Made by a program: the position numbers and the translations under genes. Shown here piece by piece: positions 37,646 to 47,037 of a DNA stretch of 64,000 bases. Where the stretch lies: the IMG/VR virus record IMGVR_UViG_3300042938_002732, positions 31,363-95,362 of that record, one strand, 5' to 3'. Below the pieces are notes generated by a model, which did not search any database, was not told the DNA's origin, and saw only the letters and a list, made by a program, of their open reading frames with translations. The DNA is from a virus. Each line of letters begins with the position of its first letter. Within the stretch, counting starts at the first letter, position 1.

Positions 37646-39482
37646 ATTGAATAAGTTGTCTGCCGCGATGTTCGCGACGCTTTCGCGCCCGCCTGAAATG
37701 ACGGTTTGGGAATGGCTGGAGCAAAACGTGACGCTGACTGAGCGCGAGAGTCAGAGCGAGCCAGGGAAGTTTTCTACGCGTTCGAGGCCGTATATGCGTG
37801 AGCCGCTGGATTGTTTCCGCGATAAAAGAGTCACGGACTTAGTGCTTTGTTTCGGAACGCAGACAGGGAAGACGATGACTGTGATGGGAGGGGCTGGCTA
37901 CCGCATTGCCGTTGATCCGATGAATGCCCTCTGGGTGATGCCGAACCGTGATCTCTGCAAGAGTTTCACGCAGAATAGATGGTTTCCCTTTATTGAAAAT
38001 TGCGCGCCGTTGGCGGCAATGAAACCTGCCGGGTCTGAGAGGCATCTCTGGACTCGGTTGGAGCAATTCTTTGCACGCTCGACACTTACGTGGGTAGGGT
38101 CCAACTCTCCCGCGAATTTGGCATCAAGGCCAGCTGGGTTACTCCTTATGGATGAGACAGATAAGATGGAGCTTAAGAGCGACCGCGAAGCCGGAGCTTT
38201 GCAGAACGCCGAGGAACGCACGAAGGCATTCCCCTATCCTCTTCGCGTGAAGACAAGCACTCCGTCCACGCGGCATGGAGAGATTTGGAAAGAATTTGAA
38301 ATGGGCGACCAGCGCTTCTTCTTCCTGCCTTGCCCTCATTGCAAGGAGAGGATTCGCCTGGAGTGGGGGCAGGTTCGTTGGTGGGATCTGGAAGAAGGCG
38401 AAAGTAAAACCAATGGCGACTGGGATTTGGAGAAAGTCCGGCGCAATACCTACTACCGCTGCCAGAAGTGCGAGCAGAAGATTTACGACTCACAGAAGAC
38501 CGCCATGCTGCGCGAGGGCGTGTGGATTCCCACAGCCACAAACGGACTCCTCGGACGCCGCAGCTATCACTTGAATTCCCTCTACGCCCCGCTCAAGGAA
38601 ACGCAATGGGGCAACCTCGCTGTGAAGTGGTTAATGACCAAAGGCAGCGCGACCCGTCGCCAGGCATTCATCAACTCCACCCTCGCCGAGCCGTGGGATA
38701 ACGAGCTTCTGGTCGATGACGAGACGATCAATGTCATCACCTACTCGCCGAGTGAGCTTCCCGAGGATCGCATCCCGATAATGACCGTCGATGTGCAGGA
38801 GAACCACTTTTGGGTCATCGTCCGCTGTTGGGGAAATCCGAAGATGGAGGGCGGGCAGCAGAGCTGGTTGTTGCACGAAGGGCGCATCGAGACCATCGAG
38901 GAGGTCGAGCAACTGGCTCGACATTACAATGTCGATCCGAAGCGCGTCGCGCTCGACATGGCGCATAAGCCGAATACCGTCTGCTCCATTCTCATTCGGA
39001 ATGGCTGGCGCGGCCTGTGGGGCAGCGACAAAGGCGGGTTCCTGCATAGCGGCATCGGAGCCGATCGGGTCATCAAAGATTACTCGCCCATCCAGTATCG
39101 CGATCCGCACCTCGGCACGGTGAATCAATCCGATTCCAACCAGAAATCCATGTTCGTGTATTGGAGTAACGACCGCATCAAGGATCGCCTCGCCGTGCTG
39201 CGTGCAGGCGGGCGCTGGCATGTGAATGCCAATGTCAGCAAGGCATACATCCATCAGCTCAATGCCGAGCAGAAGGAATCCAAGCGCAGCCCAGTCACAG
39301 GGCGCATCACTTATTACTGGAAGCGCGTCCGCAAGGATAACCATATGTTCGACTGCGAAGCCATGCAGGTCGCTCTGGCTCTTGTGGGCGGAGTGCTGGA
39401 GGACGACACCGGCGCGCCCGAGGTGCCTGTCCAGGCCACGCTCGACTTGACGCCAGTGGCGGAAGCGACGCCTGACCTATGA
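37626..39482 (+). CDS. terL: Terminase large subunit, lambda GpA family
   Basis: PYMREPLD, GTQTGKT, LLMDETDK, KTSTP, GDQRFFFLPCPHC, TVDVQ and DNHMFDCE motifs. Confidence 0.95.
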   Translation: MPKLSPELNKLSAAMFATLSRPPEMTVWEWLEQNVTLTERESQSEPGKFSTRSRPYMREPLDCFRDKRVTDLVLCFGTQTGKTMTVMGGAGYRIAVDPMNALWVMPNRDLCKSFTQNRWFPFIENCAPLAAMKPAGSERHLWTRLEQFFARSTLTWVGSNSPANLASRPAGLLLMDETDKMELKSDREAGALQNAEERTKAFPYPLRVKTSTPSTRHGEIWKEFEMGDQRFFFLPCPHCKERIRLEWGQVRWWDLEEGESKTNGDWDLEKVRRNTYYRCQKCEQKIYDSQKTAMLREGVWIPTATNGLLGRRSYHLNSLYAPLKETQWGNLAVKWLMTKGSATRRQAFINSTLAEPWDNELLVDDETINVITYSPSELPEDRIPIMTVDVQENHFWVIVRCWGNPKMEGGQQSWLLHEGRIETIEEVEQLARHYNVDPKRVALDMAHKPNTVCSILIRNGWRGLWGSDKGGFLHSGIGADRVIKDYSPIQYRDPHLGTVNQSDSNQKSMFVYWSNDRIKDRLAVLRAGGRWHVNANVSKAYIHQLNAEQKESKRSPVTGRITYYWKRVRKDNHMFDCEAMQVALALVGGVLEDDTGAPEVPVQATLDLTPVAEATPDL

Positions 39483-39640
39483 TCAAAGAAATCGCCCTCT
39501 CCATCATCCTCGCACTCACGCTGGTGAGTTGCAGCCTGAGTTATCACTTTGGCACTCTGGCCGGGCGCCTCCACGAGCGCGAGATTCAGCGCAGGCTACG
39601 CGAGCGGCAGATTCGCTGGCGCGAGTTCGAGGAGGAATAA
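39479..39640 (+). CDS. 53-aa membrane or lipoprotein-like ORF
   Basis: ATGA overlap with terL; MIKEIALSIILALTLVSC hydrophobic N-terminus. Confidence 0.5.
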   Translation: MIKEIALSIILALTLVSCSLSYHFGTLAGRLHEREIQRRLRERQIRWREFEEE

Positions 39641-39661
39641 AAAAGGCGGATGCCTTTGAAG

Positions 39662-39862
39662 TTAGACCTTGGACGTTTTGCTTTGCGGAGATTCTTCGGC
39701 CTTCTTTTTTTTAAACTCGTTGATAGTCTCCTGAATCAATGCGGAAACGGTAAACCTTGAGCCTCTGTTTTGGCTCTCTTTTTCGGCTTCGTGAATAAGC
39801 CATTTATGGACATTTGCGGGTAAGGAAACGCTGACTTTTTTGCACAAGGAGTCTGATTTCAT
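39662..39862 (-). CDS. RHH-like regulator 6
   Basis: KKVSVSLPANVHKWL...TVSALIQETI. Confidence 0.65.
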   Translation of the reverse strand: MKSDSLCKKVSVSLPANVHKWLIHEAEKESQNRGSRFTVSALIQETINEFKKKKAEESPQSKTSKV

Positions 39863-39870
39863 ATGAACTT

Positions 39871-40350
39871 TCATTTCTCCTTTTGCGCTCTGACTTGTTC
39901 CAGTGCGCGCTCTGTGCTGTTGATGGCGTCTGTCTCAAAAAAATCTTTCAGCTTTTTGTTGTTGGGGGCTTCTTTGAAATGTTTTTCAAAGGCATCGATG
40001 TCGTTTGCGGTGAGATTGATCGTGTAGGCAATTCTGACTTTCATAATTTTTTTGATGATTCTTGGGGGAAGTAGTTTGATTGTGATTATTCCCGCCGCTA
40101 CGGCGTAGCGGGTTATGTCGGCCGTATTCCTCAGGTTGAGTTTTTGCATGGCGTTTCCGCGATGCTTTTCTACGGTTTTTATGCTGATTTGAAGAGTCTC
40201 GGCGATATCCTTGTTCGCGAGTCCGAGGGCGATTAGGCGAATGACTTCTATCTCCCTGTTGGTTTCTTCGTTTGATGCGGCTTTCTTTTCTGTCTTCGCC
40301 ATTACCGCATGAACGAAGGCTGTTGGGCCTTCGCGCTCTATTCGTTTCAT
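39871..40350 (-). CDS. LuxR-type HTH transcription regulator (no receiver domain)
   Basis: TNREIEVIRLIALGLANKDIAETLQISIKTVEKHRGNAMQKL. Confidence 0.9.
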   Translation of the reverse strand: MKRIEREGPTAFVHAVMAKTEKKAASNEETNREIEVIRLIALGLANKDIAETLQISIKTVEKHRGNAMQKLNLRNTADITRYAVAAGIITIKLLPPRIIKKIMKVRIAYTINLTANDIDAFEKHFKEAPNNKKLKDFFETDAINSTERALEQVRAQKEK

Positions 40351-40357
40351 GCCTTCA

Positions 40358-40699
40358 TTATGGGGTAGTTAGATTTTTTTTAAGATTTTTTTTGGTGAGG
40401 ACACTGATCTTGATTGGGGATTTGTCTTGTTCGCATAAGAGCAGGTCTCCGTCAGAGTCGATTTTTACCTGAGTGTTGTGCTCTGCGGAGAAGCACATCG
40501 CGTCGTTGTCTTGCTCGGTGTCTCCGAGTATCAAGAAATAGCTGTCGCAATCCTTTACTTGAATAATGTCCTGCCAGTCTTCCGCGAGTTGAATGTATTG
40601 AAGCGGAGTGCTAAGCCTGCCGACAGTGTTATCGTTCACAATGACTGCATCTGCCTTGTCCAGTATTTGGCAGGCTTTTTTAAGTGTGATTGTTTTCAT
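40358..40699 (-). CDS. Hypothetical protein (paralog of 49730-50041)
   Basis: MKTITLKKACQIL...AVIVND versus MKTISLKGAYEIL...AVVIDD. Confidence 0.7.
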   Translation of the reverse strand: MKTITLKKACQILDKADAVIVNDNTVGRLSTPLQYIQLAEDWQDIIQVKDCDSYFLILGDTEQDNDAMCFSAEHNTQVKIDSDGDLLLCEQDKSPIKISVLTKKNLKKNLTTP

Positions 40700-41007
40700 A
40701 TCTGTATCTTTCTTGGGGTTTGTCCTAAATACTCCTCGACCATCTTTTGAGCTATCTCTTCCCAGGCTTGCCGTGTTGTTAGAATCAAGGTTTCTTCATC
40801 TCCCTGATATCCGTCTCTTGCTACTTTATCGGTTATCCTTTCGACATCCTCTGGCCCTATTTCAAGGGCTTTTGCGGCGTCTTCAATGGCGGCCGCTTCG
40901 GTTGGTCCGAGGCCCATTATGTTGCCTTCACTGTCTGTGACTAAGTATGCGTGAGGGTCAGTTGTGATTTCTTTTGTATCTTTCATGTCCTTGTCGATTC
41001 GTTTCAT
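40696..41007 (-). CDS. Hypothetical protein
   Basis: Overlapping start/stop chain. Confidence 0.65.
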   Translation of the reverse strand: MKRIDKDMKDTKEITTDPHAYLVTDSEGNIMGLGPTEAAAIEDAAKALEIGPEDVERITDKVARDGYQGDEETLILTTRQAWEEIAQKMVEEYLGQTPRKIQI

Positions 41008-41444
41008 GTCATTTCGTGATGATAGGTGAAGCCTGAGTCATACTCCTCTCGCGCTTCAAGGAACTCATAACGCCTTCCTGTTTCTTGGAAGTGTGACGAC
41101 ATTTGAATGTAGCAGGGGTCACTAACGCCGTGATATTTTTCCATCTCGATTTCGAGTGCATTCCGTTCGTCTTGGCTCATGGGGAATTCGCAGGCGTTGA
41201 GGTATGATGCGATTGATTCGGGCACAGTGACGCTTAGGTAGTTGTATTGTCCTCGTTCTTCTATGGGTATTTGGGACAGGTCTACAGGTCTGACTCCGGC
41301 TGCAATGAGTTTGCTCTCATTTTCGCGGACTGCTGATGCCATGCTGCGGTTTGTTTTTGGTTTTAATTCTTGCGGCAAGATCTCGCTGATCATGCTCAAG
41401 ATGTCGTCTGTTACTGCTTCTTTATTTTCTTCTTCGATATTCAT
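41004..41444 (-). CDS. Hypothetical protein
   Basis: ATG just after the helicase stop. Confidence 0.6.
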   Translation of the reverse strand: MNIEEENKEAVTDDILSMISEILPQELKPKTNRSMASAVRENESKLIAAGVRPVDLSQIPIEERGQYNYLSVTVPESIASYLNACEFPMSQDERNALEIEMEKYHGVSDPCYIQMSSHFQETGRRYEFLEAREEYDSGFTYHHEMT

Positions 41445-41446
41445 GA

Positions 41447-43411
41447 TTATTTCTTCTTTCTTTTGATTCGTTCTACGGAGTCTTTGATCTGCGCGTCGGT
41501 GATCTTTATTCCCTTTTTGTTGTGCTTGCGGCAGATGTCGATGGTGAGTTGGGTGGGGCTTGGGATGGCGAGGGCTTCGAGGGCTTGCTCCACATCCTCT
41601 GGGGTTGGCGGGTTGTCTACTGCGGTGTGTTCCAGGTATTGCAGGTAGGCGTGGCGGAGTTGTCTTGCCAGTGTGACCTCCCATTGGGCCATGAGGATTT
41701 CCTCGTCCTCGGTTTTTACATCGGCCTTGAAGATGCGCATCGCCTCTTTGATGAGCCATTCCATGTCGATGTCGGCGGCGGGTTCTGTGAAGAGGCGTCC
41801 GTCGATGGCGAGGTTGGAGGCGTCGCCCTTCTCTGTGAAGATTTCGTGCAGGTTTTGATCGATCGATCCTTCCATCACGATGGGGTAGATGTTCACGGGG
41901 CCGGGGCTGGTGAGTCGCCAGATGCGGTGGATGAATTGCTCGTTCTCGTCGTAGGCGTAGGATAGGCCTGGTAGGATGAGGTGGGCGCAGTTCTCGAAGC
42001 TGTGGCCCTCGCCCATGGCTTTGAGTCCGGCGATGAGCACTGCGTGTTTGCCTTGTTTGAACTCATCGGCGAGCAGGCCGCGTTGCTCGGGCGAGGTGTC
42101 GCCATCGAGCAGCACGGAGGCGACCTCGGCCTCCAGTAGCTTGGCTTGCAGGGTTTGGCTGAAGTCGCGGAAGGGCGATCCCACGATGACCTGTTTCCCG
42201 TTTGCGAGGCACTCGCGTATGATCTGGATTGTGGTGAAGAGCTTCGGCGTCCACTCTGTCCAGGATCGCTTCGTGCCCTTCACGCCTGTCTTGGCGAGGG
42301 AGAGGTTTTCGGCGTTGGGGCATAGGGCGGCGAGGCGCAGGTTGGTGATCTGCATCCCGACTTGTGTGCGGCGGTGGGCGATTTGGGCTCCAGGCTTCTT
42401 GCCTGCGAGCGGTGCGTTTTGTAGGTGGTATTGGTATACGGCAAGCTGTGCTGTGCCGGGTTTTACGAGTATTGGGGTCACGGTTTTTTGTGCGATTTCT
42501 TCGCCGCAGTCTGCTTTTCTACGGCGGATAATAACTGGTGCAAGTGTTTTCCACAGGCGATGGATCGAGCAGATTCGAGCCGATCGCTTGGTGATAGAGC
42601 GCGCGGCTCTTTTTTTGGCCGCTTCCTCTTCTTTGGTGAGGAAGCGTTCCTTTTGGAGAAATGTGTCTGCGAATCGCTCCTTGGCGGTGTCGGTGGATTC
42701 ATAGGGCCAGCGGCCCGTATGTCCGGCTGCCCACGCGCAGAGCCAGAAGATGGATTCGAGTCGGTTTTTGATCGGTGTGCCTGTGAGCACGAGGCGGTAG
42801 CGCGGCTCCAGCGTCCGGACGCTGGCTCCTATGCGGCTCTCGGTGGCCTGCAGGCGCGTGCCTTCGTCCACCACTACGCAGTCGAAGCTGCTGTGTGTCT
42901 GCGCGATGCGAGCCATTGTAGGCTCCCACACGCAGGTTATGCCGTTGAATGTGCTCCCTACGGAATCACCGGCATTGGCATCGTAGCGCACGCGGTGCAG
43001 CTTGCACCATACCTTGCGCCGCTTCACAAGCAGCTTGTTCGGGCGTGGTTGCCCCTTGTGGCCGAAGGTTTCGCTCCACTCGTCGGCTTCATTGAGGCCG
43101 AGCGCCTGGTAGCTCGTCAGGTAGAAGCGCGGTGGCCCGTTGGCTGGGGGAGGCGAGTCGAGCTTGAGGCGGTAGAAGTCCTCCTTGTTTTTGACTTGGC
43201 GCAGGGAGACTTTGAAGAATTTCGCCGCCGAGGCCATCATTTGGTAGTGCAGCGAGCCGGGGGCTACTACGAGAGTGCGGCGGGCTTTCTTGACCAGCGG
43301 CCAAGCGATGGCTGCGAGGCTCTTGCCCATGCCTGGCTCCCAGGCTATGATTGCGCCGTCTTGCAAGGCCGCGCGGGCGAGGTCTTCGATTTGGAAGGGT
43401 TTGAGTGGCAT
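41447..43411 (-). CDS. SNF2-family helicase
   Basis: WEPGMGKS, VVDEG, LTGTPIKN, GEGHSF and QFIHRIWR motifs. Confidence 0.9.
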   Translation of the reverse strand: MPLKPFQIEDLARAALQDGAIIAWEPGMGKSLAAIAWPLVKKARRTLVVAPGSLHYQMMASAAKFFKVSLRQVKNKEDFYRLKLDSPPPANGPPRFYLTSYQALGLNEADEWSETFGHKGQPRPNKLLVKRRKVWCKLHRVRYDANAGDSVGSTFNGITCVWEPTMARIAQTHSSFDCVVVDEGTRLQATESRIGASVRTLEPRYRLVLTGTPIKNRLESIFWLCAWAAGHTGRWPYESTDTAKERFADTFLQKERFLTKEEEAAKKRAARSITKRSARICSIHRLWKTLAPVIIRRRKADCGEEIAQKTVTPILVKPGTAQLAVYQYHLQNAPLAGKKPGAQIAHRRTQVGMQITNLRLAALCPNAENLSLAKTGVKGTKRSWTEWTPKLFTTIQIIRECLANGKQVIVGSPFRDFSQTLQAKLLEAEVASVLLDGDTSPEQRGLLADEFKQGKHAVLIAGLKAMGEGHSFENCAHLILPGLSYAYDENEQFIHRIWRLTSPGPVNIYPIVMEGSIDQNLHEIFTEKGDASNLAIDGRLFTEPAADIDMEWLIKEAMRIFKADVKTEDEEILMAQWEVTLARQLRHAYLQYLEHTAVDNPPTPEDVEQALEALAIPSPTQLTIDICRKHNKKGIKITDAQIKDSVERIKRKKK

Positions 43412-43414
43412 GAT

Positions 43415-43705
43415 TTATTGCTCCCAGAGAGATTCAAGGTGGTTGAGGAGGTAGTCTTCGATTGTTAAGTAGTTTTCGGTTATCCGCTCCCGCCATTCGC
43501 GAGCAGCCTCCCAGCGGAGGCTTCCGAACTTATTGGGTAGATAATCTCGGCTGTTAAACTCGATCTTCTCAAAGGCTTCGCAGGCCGCTAAGAGTGCCTC
43601 GTAGGCTTTGCTGTAGTCATTGAGGAGTTGTGGCGCGTTCGTGCCGCCGATGTGAATTTGCGGCAGCGCACCTTCGGGCGCGCCTCGCGGTGTTACGGTT
43701 TTCAT
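43415..43705 (-). CDS. Hypothetical protein
   Basis: Coupled ORF; PQIHIGGT motif. Confidence 0.6.
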   Translation of the reverse strand: MKTVTPRGAPEGALPQIHIGGTNAPQLLNDYSKAYEALLAACEAFEKIEFNSRDYLPNKFGSLRWEAAREWRERITENYLTIEDYLLNHLESLWEQ

Positions 43706-44091
43706 TCGCCGAAGTAGAATTGCTGGCAGTATCGCAGCAGGGCTTGCTCCTGTTCTTCGCTCATGTCGTAGAGTGGTTCCCATGGGGTGAACCAATCTTG
43801 GTATTCCAGTCTGGCCCTGTCGGGTTCGTTGTATTGCCCGAGTTCACCATAGATCCGCACGGCGGGGCCTCCGGTGCAGAGGAGGATCGTGAATTCCTCG
43901 GGTTCCATATCTCGTTTGGAGTTGCACCAGCCTGAGCGCACTTGCACGCTCAGGGGGGATTCTTGGATGCGTTCTTGCGCCGCTTCTCGGGCCTCGTCAT
44001 CGGGGGAGTCGAGGTCGGACACCATCTCTACGATGGATTCGAGTTTTGATCTGGCTTGCTGTTCTGCGCGATTGTCTTCTTGTGTTGTCAT
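43702..44091 (-). CDS. Conserved phage hypothetical protein
   Basis: ILLCTGGPAVRI...YQDWFTPW motif. Confidence 0.7.
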   Translation of the reverse strand: MTTQEDNRAEQQARSKLESIVEMVSDLDSPDDEAREAAQERIQESPLSVQVRSGWCNSKRDMEPEEFTILLCTGGPAVRIYGELGQYNEPDRARLEYQDWFTPWEPLYDMSEEQEQALLRYCQQFYFGE

Positions 44092-44300
44092 AGGTTTGTG
44101 GCCTCGGCCCATGTCCAATAAATGACTTTGCCAAGGCCGAGTGAGTCTATTTTATGGTCTTCGTCCGGCAGGTCGCGGCCATTGTCGCCTTGATCTAATT
44201 CCACTGCGACGCATTCATTGCCATACATAAATCTGCCTGAGTAAGATACCGGCGTTCTGCCGGTATCTCTGATGAGTTTGATGAGTTCTTGTGTTGTCAT
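44088..44300 (-). CDS. Conserved phage hypothetical protein
   Basis: YSGRFMYGNECVAV...DSLGLGKVIYW. Confidence 0.7.
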   Translation of the reverse strand: MTTQELIKLIRDTGRTPVSYSGRFMYGNECVAVELDQGDNGRDLPDEDHKIDSLGLGKVIYWTWAEATNL

Positions 44301-44303
44301 AAT

Positions 44304-44492
44304 TTAATCTCGGGATCCCCTGTCGTCTTCTGCGAAATCCGACAGAAAATCGAAGGTGTTGATTAGTCCATCGATGGAAAGCTCATGTCCCTTCCAGTCA
44401 TGTGCGTGTATGTCCAGTTGGTTGCGGGCTTGCAAAGCTCCGATCAAGTCGGCGCAGGCGCACCGGATGGCGAGTATTTGGTCTTCGTTCAT
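44304..44492 (-). CDS. Hypothetical protein
   Basis: Fills the operon gap. Confidence 0.6.
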   Translation of the reverse strand: MNEDQILAIRCACADLIGALQARNQLDIHAHDWKGHELSIDGLINTFDFLSDFAEDDRGSRD

Positions 44493-44494
44493 TA

Positions 44495-46051
44495 TTATTC
44501 AATAGGTTGGAGTGTGTGTGGATCGACCTTGCCCCAGGATTTGGGGGGCAGGACTTCGAGATCGGCGGCTGTCTTCTCCTCGTTGATGGGGAATCCGATG
44601 AGCGTGGAGATTTCGCGATAGGTTGTTTCGAACTTATCGGCATCCGAGACGCGGCTGGGTTTCGGGATGAGGCCGAGTAAGACTTTCTTCACCGAGGGCC
44701 AGAGGGCTTGTTCGCGTGTGCCGTCTTCTCCGGTGAGGCAGAATGACCAATTCTTGTAGCCGTAGGTCTCTTTCTGTGAGTCATCTCGGATTGGGAAGGC
44801 CGTGGGGTTGTGGATGTAGCCCCACAGATTCTCGTTCACGGGGGTGCTTTGCATGGACTCGGCCTTGAAGGGGAGGCCGAAGACGGCAATGAGGTGGTCG
44901 ATGGGGGTGGTGAGCTTGTCGAGCGTGGCATCCTTGAGCGCGGTTTCGAGCTTGTCGCGCACGATGACCCAGCGTTTGCCTTGGAGCATACTGGCCTTGG
45001 CCTTCTGTTTGTCTTCGGGGCTGGCAGGGGCGTCGTCTTGGTTGCGCTCCTTCTTTTCCGATAGGAGGTAGCGAAGGGTGAATTTGCTATTTTCAAAGAT
45101 GAGCACCTTCTTGGCTCCCTCTTCCGGCGCGTCGGAGAAGCGTTGGTTCCATTTCTCCCACTCGCGTTGGTAGTGAGTGCCTTGGATCGTTACGGAGTCG
45201 CGGGCTATGACCGGGAGTTGTTCGCCCTCGCAGAGTCGGGTGTATTCCGCGTCGATGTGCAGTTGGCGGCGCGCCATGAAGCAAGCGGTGTTCATGCAGC
45301 GTCCGCAGTCTTCTTTTGCCGAGAAGTCGAAGAGGGACTTCTGCTTGGAGGAGTCGCAGGCGCAGCCGGGGCCGCAACCTTCCACGAAGGTGCAGGGATC
45401 ATTGAGCCACTCGCTGTTGGCGAGCGAGGCGAGGTATGGCGAGAGGCGATCTTCCAAGTCCTTGCGCGATGTCGCGAGGCGGATGCGGTTGGGGAAGTTC
45501 TCGTCTGCGTGTGGCAGGTTCGGCAGCGAGGCGAGGAGTTCCATCATCTCCGCGCTGAAGTGGTGCAACTCTCCCTTTGGCCCCCATGCTTTCAGGAGAC
45601 TCTCTGGCAGCGTGGCGAGTTGGTAGCGGCGGGATGTCCACTTTTCCGATTTGCCAAGGGCTGCGGCGAGGTGCTTGATGCCCTTCTCTCCGCGATCGAT
45701 GAGACGCTTGAGCAGGAGTGCCTCGGCGTAGGGATCGGGGTCGAGGCGCTGCAGGTTCTCGGTGAGGATCGTCTCTTCGAAGGTGTCGTCATCGTATTCC
45801 CGCACGATGGCTTTGAGCGCCTTCATTTCCGCTGCCATAGCGGCGGTGTAGCGGCGTGCGCCAGCGGCGATTTCGTAGTGCCCTTTTTTCTCGGGGTGTG
45901 GCCGGACGAGGATCGGGGTTTTCTGTTCCGCCTTGAGGGACTTCGCGAGTTCCTTGATGGAGGGTTCCGTCGGCTTGGGTTGCCGTGTATTCTGCGTGCT
46001 GATGTGGAGTTTTGCCAGCGGGATGAGCTGGACTTGTTCTGTTGTTGTCAT
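44495..46051 (-). CDS. parB: ParB/RepB/Spo0J family protein (PRTRC ParB-like architecture)
   Basis: PILVRP, EIAAGARRYTAA, ENLQR, HTH, then Cys cluster CGPGCAC...CGRCMNTACF. Confidence 0.85.
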   Translation of the reverse strand: MTTTEQVQLIPLAKLHISTQNTRQPKPTEPSIKELAKSLKAEQKTPILVRPHPEKKGHYEIAAGARRYTAAMAAEMKALKAIVREYDDDTFEETILTENLQRLDPDPYAEALLLKRLIDRGEKGIKHLAAALGKSEKWTSRRYQLATLPESLLKAWGPKGELHHFSAEMMELLASLPNLPHADENFPNRIRLATSRKDLEDRLSPYLASLANSEWLNDPCTFVEGCGPGCACDSSKQKSLFDFSAKEDCGRCMNTACFMARRQLHIDAEYTRLCEGEQLPVIARDSVTIQGTHYQREWEKWNQRFSDAPEEGAKKVLIFENSKFTLRYLLSEKKERNQDDAPASPEDKQKAKASMLQGKRWVIVRDKLETALKDATLDKLTTPIDHLIAVFGLPFKAESMQSTPVNENLWGYIHNPTAFPIRDDSQKETYGYKNWSFCLTGEDGTREQALWPSVKKVLLGLIPKPSRVSDADKFETTYREISTLIGFPINEEKTAADLEVLPPKSWGKVDPHTLQPIE

Positions 46052-46079
46052 TGGGTTTGTTTGGTTTTGGGTTGGTATG

Positions 46080-46104
46080 AAAAAGCCCGCCGTGAGGCGG
46101 GCTT
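46080..46104 (-). terminator. Rho-independent terminator
   Basis: GCCCGCC-TCAC-GGCGGGC-TTTTT on the minus strand. Confidence 0.8.
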
Positions 46105-46132
46105 CGGTGATTGGTTGTGATGGGTGGGGGTG

Positions 46133-47026
46133 TTAGTAGAACCAGTCATCAGTCGAGAGTTTCATGATCTCGATCTTGGTGGATGGGATTGTGGTTGGCT
46201 TGTCTTCCTCCAAGTCATTGTCTTGGAGAAACTTTGTTACTATGCCTCGTAGTTTTGTGGGTAGTTTGGTCATCTCTTCGCCCCAGCCCGATTCTATGTA
46301 GTATTTTGTCTTGCCATTTGTGATGGAGTAGTGGTCAAGGTTGTCTCTGTTCCAGTAGAAGCTCGCTTCGTCGTCGATGCCTTTGACATATTCATCAAAT
46401 CCCTGCCCCGTGAAGGGGAACATCATCGGGTCGCGATCCACATAGGCTTCGCTGCCCTCCACGATGCTGCCCATCTTGATGCCAGCGCACTCGGCTAGCG
46501 TTTTTGCTTCGTCTGATTCGTAGTAAACTTCACGATAAGAGGGTTCCTCAATGCGGTGTAGGGTAATACATACCTGCTTGACGCCTCGGCCCATGCCCAG
46601 TTCAGGTTGTCGCTCGGGGTGAAGTAGTAGCGTGTATAGATTTGTGGTGTCTCCGATCGTGTTGCTTACTCCATTGAGTCGGTCTTTCTTGAGAAAGTTC
46701 TCGATTGTTCGGCGATAAGCGTCGAGGGTTTTGCCAATCTTGTCCTCACGGCGGGGTGATCCGTCCGCGTGAAATCCAAGTAAGCTCAATGCTTTGGGGG
46801 CTTGTTCGTTCTCGTGGTCAAATAAGGATTCTTCAACCGAGGCGTGAAGTTTCTTGTCTTTGATACGCACTGAGACTTGCAGCGTGGTGCTGCGCTTCGG
46901 CGTTTCTTCCACAAGATACACGATCCATGGCCCGCATCCGGTAGATTTGTAGAGACCCCTGCCTGCTCTGTAGGCGTTGTCTCCGCCGACATGGGACATG
47001 AAATCTTTAAGGTTTGTGATGTTCAT
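46133..47026 (-). CDS. Hypothetical protein
   Basis: About 297 aa; LYKSTGCGPW and GSIVEGSEA phage-type motifs. Confidence 0.7.
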   Translation of the reverse strand: MNITNLKDFMSHVGGDNAYRAGRGLYKSTGCGPWIVYLVEETPKRSTTLQVSVRIKDKKLHASVEESLFDHENEQAPKALSLLGFHADGSPRREDKIGKTLDAYRRTIENFLKKDRLNGVSNTIGDTTNLYTLLLHPERQPELGMGRGVKQVCITLHRIEEPSYREVYYESDEAKTLAECAGIKMGSIVEGSEAYVDRDPMMFPFTGQGFDEYVKGIDDEASFYWNRDNLDHYSITNGKTKYYIESGWGEEMTKLPTKLRGIVTKFLQDNDLEEDKPTTIPSTKIEIMKLSTDDWFY

Positions 47027-47037
47027 TTTGCTAAGGG

